Source: an uncultured delta proteobacterium
Lineage (GTDB): Bacteria > Desulfobacterota > Binatia > Binatales > Binataceae
NCBI GenBank assembly: GCA_963808235.1
Contig: CAWEEQ010000004.1
Coordinates: forward strand, 3,104,001 to 3,168,000
Direction: 5' to 3'
Length of the DNA stretch: 64,000 nucleotides
The position numbers and the translations under genes are program-made. Below are positions 54,849-63,249 of the stretch, piece by piece. Numbering within the stretch: the first letter of the stretch is position 1; the number at the start of each line of letters is the position of its first letter. Under the pieces are notes generated by a model. That model had not been told where the DNA came from, ran no database searches, and saw only the letters and a list, made by a program, of their open reading frames with translations.

Positions 54849-55412
54849 ATCCAGCAACTGCTGAAGCGCGTCCTTCACGTCCGGCCGCGACCAGTCGAAC
54901 GCGCCCATATGATGGGCCACGATTTGGCCCTTGCGGTCGATTATAAATGTCTCCGGGACCCCGCTCATTTCGTAAGTCTCGCTGATCTTGTTCTCGGGGT
55001 CGAGCAGGATTGTGAAGTGAAAGCCGTTCTTTTCGACGTACGGCGCCACCATCGCGCGGCCTTTGGTGTCCTGGCTGACCGCCAGCATCACGAAGTCCTT
55101 GTTGTTCTTGAAGTCCTCGTACAGCGTCTCCATCGAGGGCATTTCCTCGCGGCAGGGTCCGCACCAGGTCGCCCACACGTTTAGAAAAATCACCTTTCCG
55201 CGCAGCGACTCGAGCGATACGGTATGACCGTCAAGCGCCTCGAGCTTGAAATTTGCCGCCTGGCTTCCCGCCGCGACGGTCGCATCCGATTGCGACTGTT
55301 CGCTACCCAGCGGCGCACGCGTTCCCTGACGCCCGGAGATCGCAACCAGCGCGATTCCGACAACCACCACGACCGCTGCGACCGCGTAGAGAATCTTGTT
55401 CGTGGAATCCAT
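54834..55412 (-). CDS. TlpA/ResA membrane-anchored thiol-disulfide reductase
   Basis: N-terminal TM, NVWATWCGPCREEMP, GVPETFIID. Confidence 0.93.
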   Translation of the reverse strand: MDSTNKILYAVAAVVVVVGIALVAISGRQGTRAPLGSEQSQSDATVAAGSQAANFKLEALDGHTVSLESLRGKVIFLNVWATWCGPCREEMPSMETLYEDFKNNKDFVMLAVSQDTKGRAMVAPYVEKNGFHFTILLDPENKISETYEMSGVPETFIIDRKGQIVAHHMGAFDWSRPDVKDALQQLLDSKAG

Positions 55413-55415
55413 CGC

Positions 55416-56282
55416 TCAGGCTCGAAGCGCGTCCTTGGCGGGCTGCGCGTCTTTCGCGGGATGACTGTCCATTTGCGCAGGCGTGCTGCGTTTCGCGGTG
55501 AGCGCCAATCCGAGCGCGCCCAGGACCATCATCGCGAACGCGATCAGTTGCGCCTCGCTGAGTCCATAGAAAACTCGCGGATTGATGCGCACGAACTCGA
55601 CGAGGAAGCGCGCGGCTCCGCCCAGCACCAGGTACCAATAGATCAGGTGACCCGCCGGAGCGCGCTTGCGCATCGACCACAAGATCGCGAACACGCCAAG
55701 GTAGAGGAGAGTTTCGTAAACGGGCGCGGGATGCACTCGCACACCGGGAAAATATCCGGAAACGAGGCGGTAGTGTTCGTCCAGCTTGAGGACCGTCTCC
55801 GAGTTCCAGCCTACGATAGCCTTTGGATAGGCCATCGCCCACGGCAGCGTGGACGGCAGGCCCCAGTCACCGTCGCCCGACAGTTGGCATCCCATTCGGC
55901 CGATCGCCTGCCCGATCGCAAGCGCCGGTCCGCACATGTCCATCGTCACGGCAAATGAGATCCGATACCAGCGCGAGACCAGGTACGCGCCCAGGATTCC
56001 GCCGATCATGCCGCCGTAAAAGACGAAGCCGGAGCCGGAAAAGATCATCGTCTTGGGATCGGCAAGATAGGTCGGCAGGTCGTCGAGGATCGCGTAGATT
56101 CGCGAGCCTGCGATCCCGAGGACGGCGGCGGTGATCACGATTGAAGACGAATATTCGGGATCCAGACCGCGCCGCGTGCATTCGAGACGGATAACGTAGT
56201 CGGCGGCCAGAAAGCCGAGCGCCATCATCATGCCGTAGCTGTAAACAGTCAGCGGGCCCAGGTGGAACAGGATTGGTATCAT
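55416..56282 (-). CDS. lgt: Prolipoprotein diacylglyceryl transferase
   Basis: YSYG, FYGGMIGG, QAIGRMGC, HPAPVYE, RFLVEFVR. Confidence 0.93.
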   Translation of the reverse strand: MIPILFHLGPLTVYSYGMMMALGFLAADYVIRLECTRRGLDPEYSSSIVITAAVLGIAGSRIYAILDDLPTYLADPKTMIFSGSGFVFYGGMIGGILGAYLVSRWYRISFAVTMDMCGPALAIGQAIGRMGCQLSGDGDWGLPSTLPWAMAYPKAIVGWNSETVLKLDEHYRLVSGYFPGVRVHPAPVYETLLYLGVFAILWSMRKRAPAGHLIYWYLVLGGAARFLVEFVRINPRVFYGLSEAQLIAFAMMVLGALGLALTAKRSTPAQMDSHPAKDAQPAKDALRA

Positions 56283-56421
56283 TGTTGAGGTGAGACGGGA
56301 ATCATTATCAGTTGCAAGGCCGGAATCATCTTCGCCTGCTAGTATATTACGCGGCGGCTCGCGGTGGCCACAGATAGTTTCGCCTTGCGCCCGAGAGGCT
56401 CCCCATTTATAGGACGCATTT

Positions 56422-56874
56422 ATGCGCGCAGTTCTTCAACGGGTCAGCCGGGGCGAGGTACGGTCCGGCGGCCAGGTCCTCGGTCAAATCGGGCGCGGCT
56501 TTGTGGTTTTGCTCGGAGTTGCCCGCGACGACACCGAGGCGGACGCCGCCAAGCTGGCCGATAGAATCCTCGGGATTCGGGTATTTGCCGATTCCAATGG
56601 CAAGATGAATTGCGCACTCGCGGCGGTCGGCGGCGAACTTCTGGTGGTGTCGCAATTCACTCTGCTAGCCGATACCGACTCAGGACGACGGCCGTCGTTC
56701 ACCGGTGCCGCGACTCCCGACGAAGCGCGCCGCCTGTATGAGCACTTTGTCTCGCTCGTACGCAGCAGCGATGTTGATGTCAGAGTTGCGACCGGCCAGT
56801 TCGGCGCGACGATGGAAGTCGAGCTGGTGAACGATGGGCCGGTAACGATCATCCTCGACAGCCGCGCGAATTGA
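56422..56874 (+). CDS. dtd: D-aminoacyl-tRNA deacylase
   Basis: MRAVLQRV, SQFTL, GRRPSF, NDGPVT. Confidence 0.96.
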   Translation: MRAVLQRVSRGEVRSGGQVLGQIGRGFVVLLGVARDDTEADAAKLADRILGIRVFADSNGKMNCALAAVGGELLVVSQFTLLADTDSGRRPSFTGAATPDEARRLYEHFVSLVRSSDVDVRVATGQFGATMEVELVNDGPVTIILDSRAN

Positions 56875-56991
56875 AGAATCCGGAAAAGAAAAGTTGAAAC
56901 GCGAGTTTCGTCGCCTCCTCTACGCTGAGATTCAAAGGGCGCCTCTGAGTTATATGATGGCACGTTTGAGGCGGCATTTTCTGAGGCGCGG

Positions 56992-57387
56992 GTGGAGAAA
57001 CCCCATTTGGCTCGTTATTATCCTCGGGCGCTAGAGCGGAAGGCCAAAGGCGAGGATCAGCCCGAATTAGTCCCAAACGAAGAGGAAGAAGAAATTAACT
57101 TGGAGCACATTTTACCGGAGCAGCCGGAGCAGAACTGGCCAGATATCGCGCCGGAAATGGCCGAGGCCTACTACAATCGGATAGGCAACATGGCGCTGCT
57201 CCAAGCGAAGAAAAATTCCACGATTGGGAACGCGCCGTTCGACGACAAACGGAAAGTTTTCGGGCAATCGGCATACATACTGACGGCAGAAGTGGGTGCT
57301 AAAACCAAATGGACTACGACTGAGGTTCAACAGCGGCAAAAGCATCTTGCGCAGCGTGCGGTTGAGACTTGGCCGTTGGCGGTATGA
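56992..57387 (+). pseudogene. DUF1524-like HNH domain fragment (GmrSD C-terminus)
   Basis: LEHILP...RIGNMALL...KN..IGNAPF..K...WT....RQ; no upstream DUF262. Confidence 0.7.
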
Positions 57388-57713
57388 AGCCGCGTCAGGT
57401 CACCGCGCTCGCGCTTGTGGGCTTCTTCGCGCTGATCGTTATGACCGGCTGCTTAGCCCCTTGGAACTTTAGTTATTATCCAGACCCAAGCGCTCACACG
57501 GCTGGCTATAAATGCCCACCGCCCGAGGAGATGAGTCATTTTGTTGTGACCAAGACTGCGCCGTGTACCTGGATACCGGGAGAGATGTTCGCTGCGTCCT
57601 GTTGGGACGAGGAAATTGCAGCTATGAATGAAGGACGCGGCTGCGTTCCCGAGCCCAGTCCGACACCGACAGCGACACCCACTTCTACTGCGACTCCAAC
57701 CGTGAGTTCGTAA
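57384..57713 (+). CDS. Hypothetical lipoprotein with Pro/Thr-rich tail
   Basis: MTGC lipobox, four further Cys, PSPTPTATPT tail. Confidence 0.65.
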   Translation: MKPRQVTALALVGFFALIVMTGCLAPWNFSYYPDPSAHTAGYKCPPPEEMSHFVVTKTAPCTWIPGEMFAASCWDEEIAAMNEGRGCVPEPSPTPTATPTSTATPTVSS

Positions 57714-57844
57714 ATTAAGCCACTTCGCTTTTCAAATGACGCTACTCGATCCTAAAGGCGCTCGAATGACGCCAGTAGCTGGGGTAGCCGTTCTATTGTC
57801 ATGCGGTTGGGCGAGTAGTATTGCTTCTCTTGCCGATTAGGCGG

Positions 57845-57942
57845 CTACCTGTCCGCGGAAAGGGCTGAGCCCACCATAAAGTTTTCGGATTTTTACGTAA
57901 CTCTTCTGCCCGTTTGCGGACGCCGGGCAAGAAGGAAGGGTT
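57845..57942 (+). promoter_or_regulatory. Putative structured cis-regulatory leader RNA
   Basis: Hairpin 57903-57912/57924-57934 overlapping the RBS; its loop TTGCGGAC is complementary to GTCCGCGG 57851-57858. Confidence 0.5.
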
Positions 57943-59085
57943 ATGTCTGCAACTCAATCCTCGCCAAAATCACTGCCTGCAAATCCCAGCGCGGAGTACC
58001 TGCGTAAGGAGGCCAAGCGTCTCGCGCGCGATGAGGCGATCCAGCTTACCGCCGCGCAGCGCCGGCTGGCACATGAGTACGGTTACAGAAGCTGGGCCGA
58101 ATTGATGACGGCGGTGCAGAAGATGGCGTCGGCGGGCGGCGCCGGCATCGGCGCCAATCCTTCTAAGCCGGTTGGCTCGACTCCAGTTAGCGACAGCGGT
58201 GCGAATGTCTTCCCGTTGCTGCCGTTGCGCGGACTGGTTGCGTTCCCTCACGTTTCCTATCCGATCTTTGTCGGGAGACCGACGTCGATAAAGGCGGTCC
58301 AATGCGCGAAGGATCGAGAAGTTCCGATCTTCCTGGCTGCGCAAAGAGATCCGAAAAGCACGGACCCATCGAGCTCCGAGATGTACCAGGTTGGCAGTCT
58401 CGGAAGGGTGATCGAAGCGATGCAGTTCCCCGACGGGAGCGTCAAAACCATCATCGAAGCCGACCGACGGGCGCGGGTGAATCGCTTCATCTTCGATACG
58501 GATTTCTCCAAGGCCGAAGTCGAGGAGATCGAAGAGACCGCGATTTCCGAGGCGAGGATCGAGGACCTGGTTCCCCTGGTGATTTCGGCGTTCATGAGGA
58601 GACGCGCCAAACCATTGCGCCAAAAAAAATTCCATCGCATTCGATCGAGGTCCCGAGGGAAAATCGAAGTGCTGGTCGGTGGCGGGAGCGTCGAGGCACC
58701 GCTCGAGCCGCTCAACGAGCGCCTGTCCAAGCCGGTCGAAGGGCTGCGCATTTCGGTTCGCGCCCTCAAGGGCCTGCGGACCGCGGATATCAAGTGCGTC
58801 CGCGATCTGGTCCAGCGCACCGAGGAGGACATGCTCAAGATCAAAAACTTCGGCCGCAAGGTGCTCGACGAGATCAAGGAGATACTGGCCAGCATGGGGC
58901 TGACACTGGGCATGCCCGAGGCGTGGGTTGTGGCGGGAACAGATGCCGGCAGCGCCTCGGCGCTCGCCGATCGGATCGCGAGCGAGCTGCCGATGGAACT
59001 CGCATGGAAACAGGAGCTGCTGGAGCTTCTCAACCCGGCCCACCGGCTGGAGAAACTCTTAGCCTACTTGAATGTGCTGCGCTGA
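57943..59085 (+). CDS. Chimeric protein: helical N-domain plus Lon substrate-binding domain with inserted RNAP alpha-CTD
   Basis: LPANPSAEYLRKEAK..AQRRLAHEYGYRSW; PLLPLRGLVAFP..IFVGR; ISVRA...IKNFGRKVLDEIKEILASMGLTLGM; LADRIAS..KQELLE..RLEKL. Confidence 0.85.
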   Translation: MSATQSSPKSLPANPSAEYLRKEAKRLARDEAIQLTAAQRRLAHEYGYRSWAELMTAVQKMASAGGAGIGANPSKPVGSTPVSDSGANVFPLLPLRGLVAFPHVSYPIFVGRPTSIKAVQCAKDREVPIFLAAQRDPKSTDPSSSEMYQVGSLGRVIEAMQFPDGSVKTIIEADRRARVNRFIFDTDFSKAEVEEIEETAISEARIEDLVPLVISAFMRRRAKPLRQKKFHRIRSRSRGKIEVLVGGGSVEAPLEPLNERLSKPVEGLRISVRALKGLRTADIKCVRDLVQRTEEDMLKIKNFGRKVLDEIKEILASMGLTLGMPEAWVVAGTDAGSASALADRIASELPMELAWKQELLELLNPAHRLEKLLAYLNVLR

Positions 59086-59114
59086 TTCGGGAGGACATCG
59101 AAAAAGGGAAAAAG

Positions 59115-59140
59115 ACACAGGCAGGGACGCCCGTGCCACA
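59115..59140 (-). repeat. REP-like element, reverse copy of 40035-40058
   Basis: CACAGGCAGGGACGCCCGTGCCAC versus GTGGCACGGGCGTCCCTGCCCGTG. Confidence 0.7.
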
Positions 59141-59202
59141 GGAATTTGGAAAGACAGTTCCTTTGCCACTAGAATGTCCCGGTGCTCGGAGGCGAGAGAA
59201 CT

Positions 59203-60036
59203 ATGCCGGAAGACAAATTTGTTCAGGTCAACGAGATGCGGCTTCACTACCGAGACTTCGGAAGCGAAGGCAAACCTGCCCTGCTCTTCATGCACGGTCT
59301 GACGGGGAATGCGCACTGCTTCGATCACGTCGCGCCGGAGTTCGTCGGCACGCATCACGTGCTCGCGCTGGATTTTCGCGGCCATGGAGACAGCGAGTGG
59401 CATCGCGACGGAGAATACGCTTTTCAGCGTCAGGTGAGTGACGCGGTTGGGTTTCTCGAAGCGCTGAACGTCTCGAAGGTCAGTTTGATCGGAAGCTCTC
59501 TTGGCGGCGCGCTCGCGATGGTCCTCGGCGCGATAAAGCCGGACTTCGTCGAGCGAGTAGTGCTTAACGACATCGGGCCGGAAATCAATCTTCCCGAACC
59601 TGATGAAGCGGCGGAAGCTCTGGACCTGCTAAACCAGCAGTTCTCGGACGCAGCCGAAGCGCTCGACTACTACAGGCGATGCTACCCTCCAGCGCGAGTG
59701 CTTCCAGATACCGTCGCGATCGAATTCGTACGCAACTCATTGCGAGTCGCCGATGGCGGGTCTCTGCGCTGGAAAGCAGATCCTCGCGTTCAGGCGGTCG
59801 CGCCGACCTCCAGCACTTCAGGTTCCTCGCCGGGGATGTGGCCGCTGTTCGACGCGGTCAAAGCTCCAATCCTGGTGATTCGCGGTGCCGAGAGCGAGAC
59901 GTTGCTCGCGAGTACAGTCGCGAAGATGGTTGCGCGTCGGTCCGGTATCCGCGCGGTTGAGGTTCCCGGAGTGGGTCATACTCCATGGTTGTCTGAGCCA
60001 ACGGCGCTGGCCGCGCTGCGAGAGTTCTTGCGCTAG
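59203..60036 (+). CDS. Alpha/beta hydrolase
   Basis: HGLTG, DFRGHGDS, GSSLGG, GAESE, GVGHTP. Confidence 0.92.
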   Translation: MPEDKFVQVNEMRLHYRDFGSEGKPALLFMHGLTGNAHCFDHVAPEFVGTHHVLALDFRGHGDSEWHRDGEYAFQRQVSDAVGFLEALNVSKVSLIGSSLGGALAMVLGAIKPDFVERVVLNDIGPEINLPEPDEAAEALDLLNQQFSDAAEALDYYRRCYPPARVLPDTVAIEFVRNSLRVADGGSLRWKADPRVQAVAPTSSTSGSSPGMWPLFDAVKAPILVIRGAESETLLASTVAKMVARRSGIRAVEVPGVGHTPWLSEPTALAALREFLR

Positions 60037-60096
60037 AGTTCTTGCGCTGAGGAAGTCCCTTCCGATCTTTTCCTGCGTGCTGTAAGTAAACTCTCT

Positions 60097-60945
60097 ATGC
60101 CGAAGATATGGCCGGTGCATTACGCTCTCGGGATGGCGGGAGTAGCTGTCCTCCGAAACTGGATGTCTGGCGACGAAACCGCTCGGGCATCCGCGGAGGA
60201 ACTCCGGACGCTGGCCAACAGATTCAGCGAAGATCCCTCGCTCAGCTTTCAGCTCGACATACCCGACATGGACGTAGAGAGCGGCTACCGTCTTTGGGCT
60301 GACACATACGACGATTTGCATAATCCGCTGATCGCCATCGAAGAGCCGATCATCCGGGCGCTGATCGATGCGATCCCGCCCGGTCGCGCTCTGGATGCCG
60401 CATGCGGAACGGGGCGCTATGCTCGCCTTCTGAGTGAGCGTGGCCATCAGGTCGCCGCAGTCGATTTGTCCGCCGAGATGATCGAAAGAGCGCGCGCGAG
60501 CTCACCGGACGTCGAGTTCAAGCAGGGAAGCCTCGAGGCGCTACCGTTTGATGACGAGCGGTTTGATCTCGTGATGTGCGGACTTGCGTTGACTCATCTG
60601 CCCGAAATATCACGCGCGATTTCCGAAATCCGGCGCGTGCTGAAGGTCGGCGGCATCGCAGTGATCGCGGACCATCATCCGATGGCCGGTTTCCTGGGCG
60701 GCAGCGCCATCTTTCAAGACAAGGAGCGCTACTATCGGAACGTTAGGAGTTTCGTTCATGCGCATTCTGAATACGTTTCGGCATTCGTCGCCGCGGGCCT
60801 TGAAATACGGGAATGCCACGAGCCGCTAACGACAGAGGAACTGGCATCCAAGGGCCCATTGTTCGCGGTGTCTCCCAAAGCTTTCCTGGAAGGAACGGTC
60901 GGAATGCCGCTCGCGCTGATCTGGCGGGTGGTCCGCAATCGGTGA
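60097..60945 (+). CDS. Class I SAM-dependent methyltransferase
   Basis: LDAACGTGR, VDLSAEM, LPFDDERFDLV, LKVGG. Confidence 0.92.
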   Translation: MPKIWPVHYALGMAGVAVLRNWMSGDETARASAEELRTLANRFSEDPSLSFQLDIPDMDVESGYRLWADTYDDLHNPLIAIEEPIIRALIDAIPPGRALDAACGTGRYARLLSERGHQVAAVDLSAEMIERARASSPDVEFKQGSLEALPFDDERFDLVMCGLALTHLPEISRAISEIRRVLKVGGIAVIADHHPMAGFLGGSAIFQDKERYYRNVRSFVHAHSEYVSAFVAAGLEIRECHEPLTTEELASKGPLFAVSPKAFLEGTVGMPLALIWRVVRNR

Positions 60946-61469
60946 GGAAGAGCCGAGCCGCGGCGCCCGAGATTCTTGGCGTCGATCACATCTATTTGAG
61001 CGTCGCGGAATTTGCGCGGTCGCGAATCTTTTACGACCGCCTGATGAAATCGCTCGGCTTCAAGAAAGGGACTTTCCCCGTCGGCGGTGAACCTCATTGC
61101 CACTATTACAATCGCAACTTCCAGATAACGATTCGGCCGGCACGCAGCCGAAGATCAAAACACGATTCCTTTTCACCGGGGCTACATCATCTATGTCTTC
61201 GGGTGGCGAATCGTGCGGCGGTAGATGACATCGCCGGCCGGTTGCGCGCGATGAGAATCGCGATCGAGGGACCTCGGTTGTGGCCGGAATACGCAAACGA
61301 CTATTACGCGGTGTTCTTTTCCGATCCCAATGGAATTCGGTTAGAAGTAATGAATCACATCGAGCGGCGGAAGACGGTGCGCAGGTTATGGAACCAGCTG
61401 GAAGGCTTCAACAATCCACTTGATCGGCTGGCGCGAAAGGCGCGACGATCCAGGAAGAAAGGAAACTAA
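60942..61469 (+). CDS. VOC/glyoxalase family protein
   Basis: GVDHIYLSV, PGLHHLCL, YYAVFFSDPNGIRLE; GTGA overlap. Confidence 0.9.
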   Translation: MRKSRAAAPEILGVDHIYLSVAEFARSRIFYDRLMKSLGFKKGTFPVGGEPHCHYYNRNFQITIRPARSRRSKHDSFSPGLHHLCLRVANRAAVDDIAGRLRAMRIAIEGPRLWPEYANDYYAVFFSDPNGIRLEVMNHIERRKTVRRLWNQLEGFNNPLDRLARKARRSRKKGN

Positions 61470-61488
61470 CCGAGGACTCTGAACTGCG

Positions 61489-61980
61489 ATGCCACGGGCG
61501 GGTTTCTATACTGTCGAATCGGGAAAAATTTCGTTTCGGCGCGACGGCAACTGGTACAGCGACGATGAGCGGATCGACAATCCGCGGATCGCGCTGCTGT
61601 TCAGCCAGAGTATCAAGCGAAATCCCGACGGCAGCTACTATCTGCAGGTCGCCGAAGAGCGCGCATCGATCACCGTCGAGGACACGCCTTACGTGGTGAA
61701 ATCGCTCGAAGACGATCAGCTCGGCGGTTTCATGATGGTGCTGAACGACGAGACTCGCGAACCGCTGAATCCCGCGGAGCTGGAAATCGGCGCGGATAAC
61801 GTGCTCTACGCTCGCGTCAAAGGCGGGGAATCGCGCGCGCGATTCCTGCGCACCGCGTATTATCATCTGAGCGACTGCTTCGAATCCGACGCCGACGGCC
61901 GCTTCTATCTGAACATTCGCGGCAAACGGCATCCGCTGAAAGCTGGTTCAGTCAATCGCGCGACCGCGTCGCCATCCTGA
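61489..61980 (+). CDS. DUF1285-like protein
   Basis: DGNWY, LFS, ITVEDTPYVV, LYARVK, ARFLRTAYY. Confidence 0.78.
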   Translation: MPRAGFYTVESGKISFRRDGNWYSDDERIDNPRIALLFSQSIKRNPDGSYYLQVAEERASITVEDTPYVVKSLEDDQLGGFMMVLNDETREPLNPAELEIGADNVLYARVKGGESRARFLRTAYYHLSDCFESDADGRFYLNIRGKRHPLKAGSVNRATASPS

Positions 61981-61987
61981 AAATAAC

Positions 61988-62476
61988 ATCGAGCCCAATC
62001 TTCACATCGTTCTGGTTCGCCCCGAAATTCCGCAGAACACCGGATCGATCGCGCGGCTTGCCGCGGCGATCAAGGCGCGGCTGCATCTGATCGGGCCGCT
62101 CGGCTTCTCGCTCGAAGATCGCTATCTGAAGCGCGCCGGTCTGGACTACTGGCCGCTGGTAGATTTGCGCACTTACAAGGAGTGGGACGAGTTCGCGGCG
62201 GCGCATCCGAATCCGCACGCCGCCAAATTCTTTTCGACGCACGCCGACAAGTCCTATCTCGAAGCGGTTTACTCGCGTGGAGATTTTCTTTTCTTCGGCT
62301 GCGAGACCGAGGGCCTGGGCCGCGAGTTCGTCGCGGAAAGAATCGACCGCGCATACCGGATTCCAATCTTCGAACCCGGCGTCCGCAGCCTGAATCTCTC
62401 CAACGCAGTTTCGATCGTAGTCTACGAAGCACTCCGCCAGACCGGCCTGCTAATCGTTAACCGCGGCCCAGATTGA
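61988..62476 (+). CDS. trmL: tRNA (cytidine/uridine(34)-2'-O)-methyltransferase, no canonical start codon
   Basis: LHIVLVRPEIPQNTGSIAR, RAGLDYW, FGCETEGL, RSLNLSNAV in one frame from about 61988. Confidence 0.92.
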   Translation: MEPNLHIVLVRPEIPQNTGSIARLAAAIKARLHLIGPLGFSLEDRYLKRAGLDYWPLVDLRTYKEWDEFAAAHPNPHAAKFFSTHADKSYLEAVYSRGDFLFFGCETEGLGREFVAERIDRAYRIPIFEPGVRSLNLSNAVSIVVYEALRQTGLLIVNRGPD

Positions 62477-62501
62477 AGGAATATGGTAAATATGCCATAT
62501 T
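62473..62501 (+). promoter_or_regulatory. Putative TA promoter/operator palindrome
   Basis: AATATGG-N8-CCATATT at 62480-62501; TTGAAG-17-CATATT. Confidence 0.6.
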
Positions 62502-62506
62502 AGGCA

Positions 62507-62860
62507 ATGGCCCCGTTCCCAAGGCCGGTCATTTGGGTCGGCAGCAGCAAGGATGACATATCGGCCCTGCCCGGACCCGTGAAAGCCTCTTTCGGCCATC
62601 GTTTGCGGCAGGTGCAAGACGGCGAAACGCCGCTCGACATGAAACCGCTTACGCAGTTTGGGACTGGCGTGTTCGAGCTACGCGAGCGCTTCGACAAAAA
62701 TGCCTATCGGTTGGTTTACGCGGTGAATCTCAAAAGGGCGATCTATGTGTTGCACGCTTTCATGAAAAGATCGAAGTCTGGAATCGGGTTGCCGAAACGG
62801 GATGCGGAATTAATCGAAACGCGCCTGAAGCGCGCACATGCAATAGACGCGGAGGATTGA
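62507..62860 (+). CDS. Type II TA toxin, RelE/HigB (Gp49-like)
   Basis: WVGSSKDD, GVFELR, YRLVY, IYVLHAFMKRSK. Confidence 0.9.
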   Translation: MAPFPRPVIWVGSSKDDISALPGPVKASFGHRLRQVQDGETPLDMKPLTQFGTGVFELRERFDKNAYRLVYAVNLKRAIYVLHAFMKRSKSGIGLPKRDAELIETRLKRAHAIDAED

Positions 62861-62864
62861 AAAA

Positions 62865-63194
62865 GTGGCCGAGATTCCTGTTCACAAGAGCAGCGGTAAC
62901 GTGTTCGTTGACATTGGCTTTTCGCCTGCCGAAGCGGCCGAGCTCACCGCGAAAAGCAAACTCATCAGCGCCATTGGCGAGACTATCAAGCGGCGCCGAC
63001 TCACGCAGTCGGAGGCCGCGCGGCGTTGCGGAACGGACCAACCTACACTTTCCAAGGTCCTTCGTGGGCGTATGGAGAGCGTGACGATCGACCGGCTCAC
63101 GGCGTGGCTCATGGCACTCGGACGCACGGTCGAAATTCGCGTGCGCCCATACGACGCAAAAGCGAAAAAGGGGCACCTTGTCGCAACCGGTTGA
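62865..63194 (+). CDS. XRE-family HTH antitoxin (HigA-like)
   Basis: SSGNVF.DIG, LTQSEAA..GTDQPTLS, LGRTVEIRV. Confidence 0.9.
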   Translation: MAEIPVHKSSGNVFVDIGFSPAEAAELTAKSKLISAIGETIKRRRLTQSEAARRCGTDQPTLSKVLRGRMESVTIDRLTAWLMALGRTVEIRVRPYDAKAKKGHLVATG

Positions 63195-63249
63195 ACCAAT
63201 GCGGCGACGATCCGGCAACAGCCACAGGGCGCGGATGAAGGATTATCCG

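Noticed and set aside
53877-54957. DGR template/variable repeat pair
   Set aside because: The 18 mismatches are not adenine-specific and there is no reverse transcriptase in the window
57943-59085. lon or rpoA gene
   Set aside because: No AAA+/protease domain and no alpha N-terminal domain; only isolated domains are present
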